A stretch of 64,000 nucleotides of DNA, taken from assembly GCF_964204645.1 (NCBI RefSeq), contig NC_134025.1, positions 6,944,001 through 7,008,000 of the forward strand, in the 5' to 3' direction. The translations under genes and the position numbers were made by a program. This document shows, in pieces, positions 48,553 to 61,327 of the stretch. A model generated the notes under the pieces. That model made no database searches. It saw nothing but the letters and a program-made list of their open reading frames with translations, and had not been told where the DNA came from. This DNA is from Tubulanus polymorphus (taxonomy: Eukaryota; Animalia; Nemertea). Positions within the stretch are counted from its first letter, which is position 1; the number at the start of each line of letters is the position of its first letter.

Positions 48553-48950
48553 CACGGTGGCTGATTCGGTGCATGTAAAAAATATCACGCACATTGCAAT
48601 TCTTTTTTTACAAACACCTGAAAGTCGTTTTAACGCGGCATTAAAACGGAAAAGTTTCTTTTATCGCGCGTGAAAACGGCTCTTTAACGCTTTATGTCGT
48701 TTTATCGCGGTAATTTCTGTTTTGTCGCTCTATTTTTCGTTTTACCGTGGCAATAAACCGAAATTCTCGTTTTATCCCGCGTGCAAACGAACTTGCTACG
48801 GTAAAATGAAAACTGGCGCGATAAAACGAAGATTTCCGCGATAAAACGAGAAAAAGTCGTTTTATTACGCGATAAATCGACTTCTAGGCGTTTGTAAAAA
48901 AATGCAACCTGTGGGTTTTTTGTTTTCATGGCCCGAATCAGCCACCACAG
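48553..48950. mobile_element. MITE with 5-bp TSD (ATAGC), Transib-like left terminus
   Basis: atagc|CACGGTGGCTGATTCGG ... CCGAATCAGCCACCACAG|atagc. Internal repeats tttatcgcg and cgcgataaa occur in mirror orientation. Confidence 0.75.
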
Positions 48951-51324
48951 ATAGCACTTCTAAGAATATGTATGCATCCCTCTTTTTGCCTGTGGCGCTC
49001 GAGTTTCTTTCCCCTTCATGCCAAATCCTGGATCCGCTCCGATTTCAAACAGGCGTACGTCCCTCTTTCTCTAGTTGGCCGATGCGCGCACTGAAAATCC
49101 TCGTTGATAGATGATCGGCGAAAATGCGATGTTTGCTTCTCTTTCCAAATATTCAGAATTCGCGACCCCTAGGCCACGTACTCCGATTTTCGGCGTCAAA
49201 GTCTATTAAGCCTGGGTGCTATGCTCAAAGACTCAGTGGTGCTGGGTTAAAGGGCACACAGATTAAATTATATTAGCTTGCATCGCAGTAGTAAAAGCAG
49301 CAAAGCATGATAGGCGTCAGAACAAATCCATCTACAACGTTAATCTCGAAATTACAGCGTTTGAATGAGCGCATATATATGTCTAAATATTGTGACCTTG
49401 TGTTATTAAGCCAGTACTTGCGCTCGGCGCCGCCTACAGATACCTGATACGTGTGTCAGATCACAACGGCGGCTGCTCTGATAAAGTCACAGAAATTAGA
49501 GTTAAGTGTCAATGAGGGCGTAGATGTCGCTGCCTCGCTACCGCGTACAGAGGCGCAAACGAGGAAGCGACCTGTATTAGTTTTTAACACCTTTGAAATG
49601 ACAGAGTTCAGATCGGTGGTTGGATGGATTTATCTCACTGACTAATTGCTCCAGACTTGATACATAGACGAGAATAACCGGTTGATGGTTGCTGAATTGA
49701 TTTTCTATCAATATGGTACTGAAGGGACACGAACTCTGTCCGGAGCGTATAGGCAGATGAACTTATTGATTTCAGAATCGACTATATTGCAGCACCTAAT
49801 CATCAATGCAAGTAAACTCTTGATATGTGATATCACGTAGCGATTCTAGGATATGGCGCAACAGCACGAAAGGAAACAGCATCCGGGCTCATTTGTGTAA
49901 AGACAAGTTACTTAGTATTGATAAGTAAGTTACTTTGTATTAATGATAGTGAATGCGCTACAACTAAAATATCTAGAGTAGTTAGCTTCGCTAAATGTTT
50001 GTCTCTGGAAAATGTTCAATATAATTATATTTAGTATATGCGGAAAACAATTAAGTGTTAAGGGATGTATATATGTATATGTGAGAAAAAGAAAAAAACC
50101 CGCAAGAGTAGTAAATTACCTAATCGTTGGTGGTAAGCTTTTGTAATCGAATGGGCTTATATCAACCATTTAATATATCATGCGGTTTGTGAAAATATCC
50201 GATTGTGAAACTATTACCATCAGAGGAAAATACCTTATCAGGCCTACGAAAAATTAAAGCCATGAAAGAATGCAATTGAATTTAACGCAAGAATATCAAA
50301 ATATTGACTGGCAAGAAAATTGCATTGAATATCAAAATATTGAGTTGGAATGAACATTGCATTGGATAGAGTGAACTTATATGAACCTATCAAATGTGAT
50401 CTTTAATGCGCGAAGTACGGGAGTACACAATAGTGACGCAAACATTTAATGAACGCTAATGAACGAAATCATTACATCCTTCGTAATTTGGTCAAAGCAT
50501 GGACTGACTCTAAGTAAATTGGCTCTATTCGTTTTAGAATACATCGTCATATTCAAATCGTCCATTGATCCTGCCCTAGCACAACCTGTAGCGAAGTCTG
50601 CACGAATGACAGATTTTTACAGATGTACAAAAAACTAAAAATTGCCACATAAAAAATTCTGTTAATTCCATTTTCTTAGAGAACTATAAGAAATGTATTA
50701 TCACATACTGCAAGACCTGCCAGACATTTTGTGATTGCGCATTGGTAGTCTTTTGAAGCTGCTTTTCACGATTGCCAGTGTAATAAGATTTCTCTTTAAA
50801 AGACGCGACGGTGAGATGTTTTTTCTACACGACGTCTTTTTCCAAATCGATTCAAATATCGAGATCAAAGCGACTCCGCTATCCGAGAAGCGTTATCGTA
50901 GCTCAACGTCGAATACCGAGTATCTTTAATCCAAATTTCTCTCTCAAACGAGCACGATCATCAATCACCATGTGTGTTTCAACACAGTTTCTGTTTTTCA
51001 GGAAAAAGGTCATCGTCGCGGAGGATGGGGGATTTTCTCGTCTGGCAGAAGACCGACCAAATATCAATGAATCGTGGTGGTAAGGGTGGCATTTCGCGTA
51101 TGAAAACATCGCTGTACGATTTACCGCGAGTTCAGTGATAGCCGTTTATGTCATCTAGATTAAACTAATATTAGATCAGTACCGGGATTTACCTTGCAAT
51201 CTTATCAGGTTTTTCGCGTAATGGGGAGAACGGATTCTTTGTTCGACGCCGTGTACAGACGCATCCCGGGGGACTGTTCTACATTTCGTTCGTATTTCGT
51301 CAACGTCTAATATATACATCAATA

Positions 51325-53730
51325 ATGTCTCCCCGCACTGGACCGTCGAATATCTTTTGGAAAGTGAGACCCGTCAGTTGTTTGATGTTGGTGCCTATTT
51401 GTATAGTCTATTATTTGATTGTAAAAGTTAACGATACTCCTCGTAATAGTGATCACATTGTCGAAGACGTTTGTTTGGCCGATTTTGAAATAGATTCGCG
51501 CGATAAACATTTTTTGGGCTCGTGCCTTCCAATAGTTCCCAGTTTAGAAGAGTGCCTTTTTTACAAATTTGCCGATGCAACAAGACGTTCGCGTTTAAAA
51601 ATGTTGGAGGCCAAAAGCGAATGGGATGAAAGCCAAATTTGTCAAGCAGGGATTCGCTTGGAAAATGGAATAGTTATTTCCGATATCAAGTGCAGAAAAT
51701 GCGAAACGTACGATGTCATTTATTACAACTTTGAAAACGTACAAAATCATCGGGTATTACGCAAAATGTCTGATTTAGAGGAGGTGGTTGGTTCTTTGTT
51801 GTCGATGGAGATGTGCGTAATATACGTAATATGTAACGCGAGTAGCGCTAAAAAGCCGTATCAGGTGCTTTATTGCGATCATACAAATCGAACTCGGACG
51901 CGGAATAAATATGGACTGAACGTTATATACTTCGAGACGTTATCTCGATTCGACTTTCGACGAACTTTCCGCAATACCGGAAAATTTTTGGCGAATCTAC
52001 AGCGGAATGGCGAGAATTCCATGAACGGCGATGATGTTGGTATTTACGATTTCCAATTAGTTCAGTGTATGTCTACAAGTATTACGGAAAGCATTTCGAA
52101 GCTGCTTGATGGTCAGAGTTATCCCGCTGGACATTTTAATCGATCTCGAATACTACTCGACAAGACAAACATCAATTTCGCGGCTGTACTCAACCGCTAC
52201 CACGCAACGGATATGAATAAAGGGTATGCAAATATTAAAGAGAGGTCCGTGGAACAAATCACCGAGCCCCTTATTAATATGTTTGAGCAGATTTGTTCCG
52301 TATCGCTGGAGAATAATTACGAAGCGTGCCTGGCGCAACATCAACCTCATTTTACTAAATCCTCAATTTTGGCCGTCGAAAAGTTGCATGCTCACAGGGC
52401 CGAGGCACAATTTATGACATTCACGATATTACAAAATCTCGAAGATACGGACGCTATGGATGAAATTGTCCGCGATCATGTCAAGAGTATGTTAGAATTT
52501 CCTAATATCCCGACGATTCTTGTTAGTGGTCATGGTGACGTCGGCTCGGAATCGATGTACAAAACAGCTTACGGGCATATTTCAGCCGCAAACCCACTTT
52601 TCATGGTGCTTATGTCTAAATCATTCGAACGCAAAGCGAATATTATTCCCGGAATAGTCCGTGAGAATCAATACCGGCTTATCTCTGCTGAGAATATCCA
52701 TCTTACATTACAGGACCTAGTTCGTGTTATCCACGGCGAGGGTTCGATCGATTTTTCGGTTATATCTCGGCGGGAAACGAGCATTTACGGTAACGGCCGA
52801 ACGAGCTCGGTACCACCGACCAGCGTATTTCAACGGAAAGACCATACCGAGACGTGCAATCACCTGTCGATACCTGATCAGGTGCTGTGCGTGTGCGCTA
52901 ATGGTGTATCTAATGTAAAAAATGATTCGTTACAAGTCGCTTATGCCGAATTCGCTGTCGGTGAAATGAACCACGTGATACAGAAAAAAATCGTAGTCGC
53001 CAACAACAAGCGTGCGATGGGTTACTTCAACGATGGCACGTTCAGTCGATGTCAAAAACTACGTGGCGTTCGTTTCAACAACGTGACAATTACCCACCAT
53101 TACCGGGCTCTGATTGTTAACATGACTATCTATATTCAGCCTTTTATAGTTGCGAAAACAAATGACACGAGTAAAAGTAATTATCACCGATTTCATGTTG
53201 CTGTGAGGCACGATTTCGATTATCAACTCGATGGCGAAAATGTTAACGTGCAGCCCAAACTTACGCTGGTTTCTTATTACCGACCAGTGGACTACAATAC
53301 CTACAGCGATACCTGTCACCGGCCTCAGATCGATTCCCAACTTTGCTTGTGCCACCGAAGTGAGATGTCTCTTGGAGACAACGGTAACAACGACTTGATA
53401 TCGTTAATTCCACACCGTCATTTTGGCAGGACAGCCCAAGTGATAAAACTACACAGACGCTGTCTGTTGTTAGGTATTCGGCGTTTCAACCAAACCGTAA
53501 CTTTTGAAGCTAGCAATGCATGCCCGGGATTCGTGTATCATCTGAAACTGACGTTATTAATGAAAAACATGATTGCGCTTGCGCCATTGCCAATCAGTGC
53601 TACGATAATGCCGCTAAAGCATTACTTTCTCGTCACCGTCCGTAAGGCGTCGTATGTCCCCTCCGAAACGAAGCTAATACACCGACCATATTTTACATAC
53701 GTCAACACGGCAGAGGGTGATGTCTTTTGA
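51325..53730 (+). CDS. DUF229-like type II membrane protein (alkaline-phosphatase/sulfatase-fold superfamily), divergent
   Basis: 801-aa open frame with an N-terminal TM segment. Motifs LNVIYFETLSRFDFRRTFRNT, ILVSGHG, NPLFMVL, NQYRLIS..NIHLTL and TC..L.IP..VLCVC follow the DUF229 order. The frame stays open upstream to an acceptor at 51209, and a phase-compatible exon ending at 51079 could extend the N-terminus. Confidence 0.7.
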   Translation: MSPRTGPSNIFWKVRPVSCLMLVPICIVYYLIVKVNDTPRNSDHIVEDVCLADFEIDSRDKHFLGSCLPIVPSLEECLFYKFADATRRSRLKMLEAKSEWDESQICQAGIRLENGIVISDIKCRKCETYDVIYYNFENVQNHRVLRKMSDLEEVVGSLLSMEMCVIYVICNASSAKKPYQVLYCDHTNRTRTRNKYGLNVIYFETLSRFDFRRTFRNTGKFLANLQRNGENSMNGDDVGIYDFQLVQCMSTSITESISKLLDGQSYPAGHFNRSRILLDKTNINFAAVLNRYHATDMNKGYANIKERSVEQITEPLINMFEQICSVSLENNYEACLAQHQPHFTKSSILAVEKLHAHRAEAQFMTFTILQNLEDTDAMDEIVRDHVKSMLEFPNIPTILVSGHGDVGSESMYKTAYGHISAANPLFMVLMSKSFERKANIIPGIVRENQYRLISAENIHLTLQDLVRVIHGEGSIDFSVISRRETSIYGNGRTSSVPPTSVFQRKDHTETCNHLSIPDQVLCVCANGVSNVKNDSLQVAYAEFAVGEMNHVIQKKIVVANNKRAMGYFNDGTFSRCQKLRGVRFNNVTITHHYRALIVNMTIYIQPFIVAKTNDTSKSNYHRFHVAVRHDFDYQLDGENVNVQPKLTLVSYYRPVDYNTYSDTCHRPQIDSQLCLCHRSEMSLGDNGNNDLISLIPHRHFGRTAQVIKLHRRCLLLGIRRFNQTVTFEASNACPGFVYHLKLTLLMKNMIALAPLPISATIMPLKHYFLVTVRKASYVPSETKLIHRPYFTYVNTAEGDVF

Positions 53731-54428
53731 GAGGACTTTTCATCTTCGCACTTGTATCCGGAGAACGGATTGATTGCGACGTTTTATGTGCATATATATG
53801 ACATGTAGCGCTAATGTGACATAAGAATAAAGCGTATGAACGAAATGAGCCAATTTCCATAAATTCGCTCTATGTCAATTTGGCGTAATGAACGAGAGCG
53901 CTGAACGCTGTAGTGCCCACTATTTGTATTATCAAAGATAAGCGAATTGCCGTTATTTCGTGAAAAAAAACTGTGATTTTAAACATTTTCGTACACGGAC
54001 ATTGCGTCCAAAATATCGAATCGCGGGATTTAAGATATGACCTCACCGATCGTACAATTCGGAGAAACATAGGCCATGTATATAGGAAACATACATAACC
54101 CAGACTTCGACGCCGCGAATAGGGTCTAATTCATATGAGATCTTGTCATATCTCTGATAATTCATATCTCCGATGATTCGTTTTTGAGTCCATGATTCAA
54201 CGAAGATAAAACAACACCGAGGCTTACAGTACCTTTCTTCTACATGGCTAGACTACACTGTACACTGATTTCTTTTCAATTTGTTGCAAAGTGTTTTTGA
54301 CATTCTTTTACGCATTTTATATGAACTTGTAAATTGATTGTTAAAACATTATATAAACGGTATAACACATGATTTTTGTGATAATATTTATTCCTGATCT
54401 CTTGTTTGCATGTATTAAACAATTCATA

Positions 54429-54747
54429 AGCCGGGCATAGGTCGGCCTAACGACGGCTTGCGACTCACTGCGACGCGATTCACTGCGATCGCCAGCGACG
54501 ATCGCGTCGCAACGACTCATCGACCTACGCTACCTTGCGACTGCCAGCGACGGGTTGCGACTGGCAGCGACGCCAGTTGCAATGTGTCGCACATGTTCTA
54601 CTTCCTGCGACGCGACGCGACGCGACGCGACCGTCACAACCGACCTACGCGCTCTTGCGACTGGGAGCAACTTGTCGCACACAGTCGCTGGAAATCGCGT
54701 CGCAACCGACGCAACGCGACGATCGCAAGGTTGACCTACGCCCGGCT
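54429..54747. mobile_element. MITE with TA flanks and internal GCGAC repeats
   Basis: ta|AGCCGGGCATAGGTCGGCCT ... AGGTTGACCTACGCCCGGCT|ta (17/20 inverted match). GC-rich island of cgcga/gcgac repeats in AT-rich DNA. Confidence 0.8.
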
Positions 54748-56981
54748 TAAGAACAACCATAACTTTTTCTCCAGTCCCTGTTTATCCGGTGAACTAAATA
54801 TAATGTTGGTATTTTGTAAATAAGCTTTAGGGCAGGTATAGAACCTATTTGATTTGTTACGGAAATTCGGAATCATAATGTAAACAGCGATTGTTCTTGT
54901 ATATACATTCATTCATTTTCTTTTCGCTTTGAAGAGAAGCATATAACCGGTGAGCAATTACGAAATTTGATAATTCTGATCGAAGAAGTAAAAGATTTCC
55001 ATTGAAAATGCAGTCGATCGCCGGTATCTAGTGGTTTTTCATGTTATCGTGTATACGCATTTTCATCGTTGAATTCTTGTCACAATAAAACATTCATCAT
55101 TGTTATTCAACAATATTGTGTTTTAAAATCTGTGTTTTCACGATTTTTTAAGCTAAAAAAATGAAATGTTCCAAACTCGATCGACAGATTTGGCAGTTAA
55201 ATTAGAATACACCGTTTGAATTAAAACTAATTTCAAACACTTTCTCAAAGCAAATATGTTCCTCCCAGCCGATGCCAGCAAAATGCAGAAGAAGCATACT
55301 TGAAAGGGAACGGTCAACTTATGGTTTCGATATAATCTGTATTCTCCAGGTTAGCTATCATATCTTGTTATTTCAGTAATATGCGATGTAGCTACAGCCG
55401 TATGTCATATATTGACGATTTTGCTTTCCGAGACTTATCAAAACTCAATTACCGCGCGTAGAAATTCAATTAGACCTGAAACATTGCTATTTTAATGGTT
55501 GGTGATATATTACAGGCATTGTCGAATCGTTCATTTCAGCATCTAACCATAAATGTTATCAAGACATTGTTATTATTACCATACCGATAGCGAAGATATT
55601 GTTATGGAAAAATTAATATCATTAAATTTTCTCATCTCTATTTTTATCGTTTTGGATTCTGTTGCATATTGTGTTTCGGGAGATATACATTGTAGGCCTA
55701 TGCTGTCATTAAAAAACTGCATCGAAAATTGCAATGGAGCATCGATGATAATCTTCTGGCGTATATATTTCTTCGAAAAAGATCTCCAAATCCCGAAATA
55801 GACGAAAGATGAAACGCGACGCCAATAAATCATCTTCGCAAATGTCGAAGAAAATACGTAGCTTTCATCTGCGTGATGGTGGACGAAATGGCTGTAATCT
55901 ACTTTATGTCGAGTGATCATCAAACCGGAAAGTCGAATTTTATGGTCGGCCGGGCAGATAAAATATATCTTACCGTTTAGTGGATAGCTACCCAGCGGAT
56001 GTTATGAATATTTATTGTAATGCCAGCAGCTGGATGCAAATTATGAATTGATTGGTCTGGTATTTTTTGGTGTCACGTATATCCAGTTAATAAATGTTTG
56101 TTATTCGACATGTCAATCATAGACTATCTTGATAAAACTGCTTTTAATGTCATCTATAATGGGTAATGATAGCGAAGGCACATCTCAACCTCGGAAGCAT
56201 CGCTGCATATCATTATTACCTATCGTTTCTCGGTTTCGAATACGGAATCAGGTCAGGGTTTCCGCTTACGGCAGATTTTTTTCGGTACGTAGCTGAATGG
56301 AAAGTAATCGGAATCATACCGTGAGAAAATACAAGATTAAAAAGAGTTTTACCAACGACGAAGATGAAAAGTCTTTTACACTGTTGGTTTCTGCTGTCGT
56401 GCCGCAATTTACTTTTTAGATCATCCATTAGCCCGAGGTGCGTTCTTCGAATACTGAGTGAATTGCACTCGTTTTAGCAGTTTGTTATCACAGGTTTCCA
56501 TAATTAACGTTGCGCGGACTTTTTTTTAAACGCAGTGGAAATAAAAGGCGTGTAGGCGATATACTAATCGTTTCTAGTGAGAACTATTTCCATCATTGAT
56601 TTCGGTGCGAGACTATAAATGATGATTGTCCACTGATTGACTTTTATTTGCGACAAATAACAAATGAATACATTTAATGGCAATATCGTCAAGAAATAGA
56701 ATCGACCAGTTTAATCTAAAAACTAAGACATTTTTTGAGAACGACTTGAATTTCAAATGTTTTGTTTTATCTTGTTTCTATTTTTTGGTTGAGATATTTG
56801 AGAAGACTTTAACTTATATATTCTCAATGTCAATTACCGAGAAACCTTGTCTGGTGAAGATTCTGGTGGAAGAGCCGCGCAAAGCATCACTCGATAATCT
56901 GATTGCTTCTTTGTGAAAAGGGCGCGGTGCGGGGACATCGGAGAAATCATGTCACACATCATATTCTACACGCTCAACGGT

Positions 56982-57127
<146 letters not shown>

Positions 57128-58203
57128 TGTTGACTATCAAAGCTTTTACAATTATTGAAAGGATCGTCTTCAATCTGTAAAATTGCCCTCGCATTTATGG
57201 ACATTATTCGCTGGCAGCAACACGAGTGGCTGATAATTACCTTTTAGCGCTAACGTGTTCGACAAGATGTCAAATACAATATGTTATATTGATGTTTTAG
57301 TGTATAAACAAATCCCTAGGGTATTTGAGAATTGTTACTACGGCTTCTTAATGAAGTTGTGGCTGTATGTATCCCAAATACTTATTTGAACACTAACGTC
57401 TGTATTGCATTTGGGTTTACGCCACCGAATGTTTTTCTTTTATTCTTTGAATTCAAACTATATAGGATCCGTGCAAAGAATAAGTTTTAGCTATTTGGGC
57501 ACCGTCACCGTTGTTGGTTGGCTATTGGCTGTTTTATATTTCCAAAAAGTAGATAGTACACGTGGTGAGATGAACTTTAGAATTCTCTAAGGATTTCTTC
57601 TAACGTCAAATTAATTCGTTAATTGTTTAACTCTTTACGCAATATTTCTTTTTTCTAGACCCCAAACTGCACGCTCAATATTATATATCATTTAGGAAAT
57701 CTGTATGGCTCATAATTGTGTGCTCGAAAAACTGCCGCCGACTAAAAAGCTCTTCCTGTCATCGTAGTCCGATGAAACCAAAATAAAGCCATTAGTGTGT
57801 TGTTAAAAATTTGCCATTATTTGTACACTGCCCCGCGTGCATTTCTGACATAACCCGTCGTATTCAATATCCGTCACGTATCACAGGGACGCGCCACTTA
57901 ACATCGTGTTGATTCTACTGATGAAACTGGTGATTGGGGAACGACGACGCCGCTACAACAAAGGAAAATATCGTTCGGTTCGAAGTATACGGTTATTATA
58001 GATCTATACGTAAATTACAGCAAAACAAAATTCCAACGAGGGGACAGCGAATAAGGCCAAGGACATTTGATTTAGACCAAATCTCTCGAACTATCGAAGT
58101 GGCCGAACCGATTAAGTGATTAGATTCATTAATCATCGAATTGAGCCTGTTATTCATTCAATTGGTAGATATTGTTTTCACTAGTGCTACTAGTACTAGT
58201 ACT

Positions 58204-58347
<144 letters not shown>

Positions 58348-59185
58348 CGTATCTGTAATTTGCACGACGTCAATTGCGATCGCAACGACGTACTGTATTG
58401 AATCTACACCTCAAAAGACCTTGCACATGCCCAACTAATGCACTCGGCTCAGGTACACTGTGCACAAGGATTCCAATTAGATGATCAAAGTTTCAGTATT
58501 CCCAAAGATTGCCAACTTGATATGTTCACCCTCTGAGACGCTTTGTTCGCCTTGCTATCGCTCAGACTATGGACTGAAATCGACAAGGACGATATAAGAT
58601 AACTGTCTGGACGTTAGACTGTGGAATTTGAAATGGTCAACTGATGAATGAACCATGGACTTTAAATCGAACTTTATTCATTTTAAAAGTCCATGGCTGA
58701 ACCCCGTTGACTCTCGCACCCCCTGACTGAACACACTAGGATATAAAATCACTACTCCAGCCATATTCAGTTCATCAGTTTCTAAATAGATTATTATCTT
58801 CACTAAATACTTAGATAATGAGGAATATATGATTTGGAGGCTGTTAATAAATCACACCGGTATGATTTCAACATTCACCAGAGTTGACATAAAAGAAACG
58901 ACCAATGAATGCGCGTGTGGCAAAAAATTCAGAAAAAACGACTGTCAGATCATCAACCAGAGACAAGATATCAAAATGACTTATTCGAATTATCATTCAT
59001 ATTAAATTAGAATATATTATGCCAATTCTTTTGTAACATACACTGTTAAATATGAATATAACCTTTATAAGTAAAAAGTAGATGTTAAATCTAACAGTAA
59101 AACCTAGTAATAAATACTAGTATAAGAAAAGGAATCGTCGTACTATTGAACCCCACAAGTATGAAAGTAATCAAAAAGCTTTCGA

Positions 59186-61327
59186 TTATTCTTTAATTGA
59201 GAGGTAACATTTCATCGAGTCATCAAGCGCTTCCATGAATGTTGAATGGTGGATTGGCGACTTATTTCCGGTGAATTTACTGGTAAAACTTTTATCTCTG
59301 TATGTCAAGATGTTTTCATCTTTGTGATGTTCCCAAGTGTGGAACATATCAGCCGTGTCCAAGTCATATCCATAGTTACAATCTTTACCCATTTCTCTCA
59401 TGTGGTCGGTCTGGAAGTCGATTTCGTCATGTTCGCTCTTATTCGCTCGACGCCTAAAAATGTAGGAAAATTACGCATTTTACATGGATAAAAGTCTCAA
59501 TTTTTTACCAAAGCTGAGAGGATAGTAGCGCTACATGTTATCTCACGGAATCAGATGCTGTCAATGACACAATACTGATTTGTTATATTCTATATGTTGC
59601 ATTAATGGGACAAGATATAATGATGATAATAACAATATGTGATATCTCTCTCTATATATATAGTCTATATAGCGTACCTTTCAAGCCATTTCTCCGTGTG
59701 GCTGAGCATTTCATTTCTGGATGGTACTTTTACTTCACCAATAATATATTTTGCAGCCCAAGCCGCTTGTACGTCAAACAACGTGAACGTGTAATACTGG
59801 TCAGTGGCCCCGATGTATAAGACTTTGTTGTTTCCACCTTTCAGCCATAGTGTGCTCATATACGTGTTTTCTAGGTACAGCACATTTTGGCCCGTTAAAG
59901 TAAGATTTGCCTCCATGTACGGGTAGTGATGTTTGAATCCGGTACACAGAACGATGCTGTCTACCTGCATTTGATAGAATCAAGATGGAAAGTTTAGATA
60001 TGTTACACTAAACATGTTGGGAATTTTCATTGATTATTCACATATCTGATTCCATAAACATGTCTTATATAAACGGACATTGTACCTCTGCAGTGGAACC
60101 ATCCTTGAAAGTTGCCGTATTCCCCTCCACTTTGATAAGCAACGGCCTCTCAGTGATCTGTGGAGGCCATTTAAATCCCATCGGTTCATTGCGGTAACTT
60201 GTAATCACGCTTTTGGCCCCGTATTTTATGGACTGCAGTGCAAGATCTTCGGCCGAATAGGACGCACCGATAATCAAAATATTCTGCCCCTTGAATTCGC
60301 AGGCATCACGATAATCGTGGGAGTGCAGGATTCGACCTAAAAGAATAAAAGTATTACTGCTTCAAATTTCCGTTCACCGATACAAATCGTTTGTGCTTTT
60401 TTCTTTTAAAAAGTCCAGAAATTTACCTGGGAATTTATCGAAGCCATCGAACACTGGTACGTGTGGAACAGAAAAGTGTCCTGACGCATTGACGATGTAA
60501 TCAAACCTCTGTTCTGGCAATAGAACGTCTTTGGCGAGATCCTTTACAACGACAGTGAAGTCGTCAGTGCCGGGGTGGTATTTCACTTCACGAACCACGG
60601 TCTCTAACGTAATGTAGCGACGCACATTCATTTTATTGAATCGGCCTAGAATATAGAAAACCTGTTTGAAATTACATTGTAACAAATAAATACAACGAGA
60701 CGGATAGTGCTTTATTGGGTAACCTAGAATTTTTTGACGCACGAGCTTTTGCTGCTAGTGAATAGTAGCTTCATCTGGGTGAATGAGAGTAATACAAAAA
60801 GTAACCTAAAAAGTTCAATTACGTTCTGGGATTTGAGCAAAAATCTCTATAATATCAGCAAACTACTCTCTTATTAATTCACGTTTCATCCATAAAGAGA
60901 AATTACCTTGCAAGTAATCGAATAGAACTTCTCTGGGTGGAAAGGAGGGAATGGATTTACCAAAGTGTTCCTCAAATGAATAGTCTGGGAATTCGATACA
61001 TTCTCGTGGACCGTTCGACCACAGATATCGATACATACTATTATGCACGTACTCTCCATTTTCATCAAGTCCTGGAAAAAAGGGGCATCGTCAAATGTTT
61101 TAGCGAATTCCTTTTAATCTGTCGCAGTCTATCTCTTCTTTCATCTAGTATATGAATAATCTACCTGTCCTCCAATTATAATTCCAAAGACCACCCCAGT
61201 TGTTCTGTTTCTCGAAGCACACGATTTCAGGTACAACCTTGCCTTCTTGGCGCAGTTTCTCGATGTGGTACAAGAAACTCAAACCGCTGGGCCCAGCGCC
61301 GATCAGACATACACGTTTACCAGACAT
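59186..61327 (-). CDS. Flavin-containing monooxygenase of the bacterial trimethylamine monooxygenase (Tmm/mFMO) type
   Basis: Exons 61327-61165, 61071-60907, 60645-60427, 60336-60086, 59964-59678 and 59453-59186 total 1353 nt (450 aa + stop). Motifs: [48 protein letters not shown] fingerprint [25 protein letters not shown]. Confidence 0.95.

Noticed and set aside
54458-54823. Arg/Ala/Thr-rich ORFs on both strands
   Set aside because: They lie within the GCGAC-repeat MITE and have no transposase motifs.
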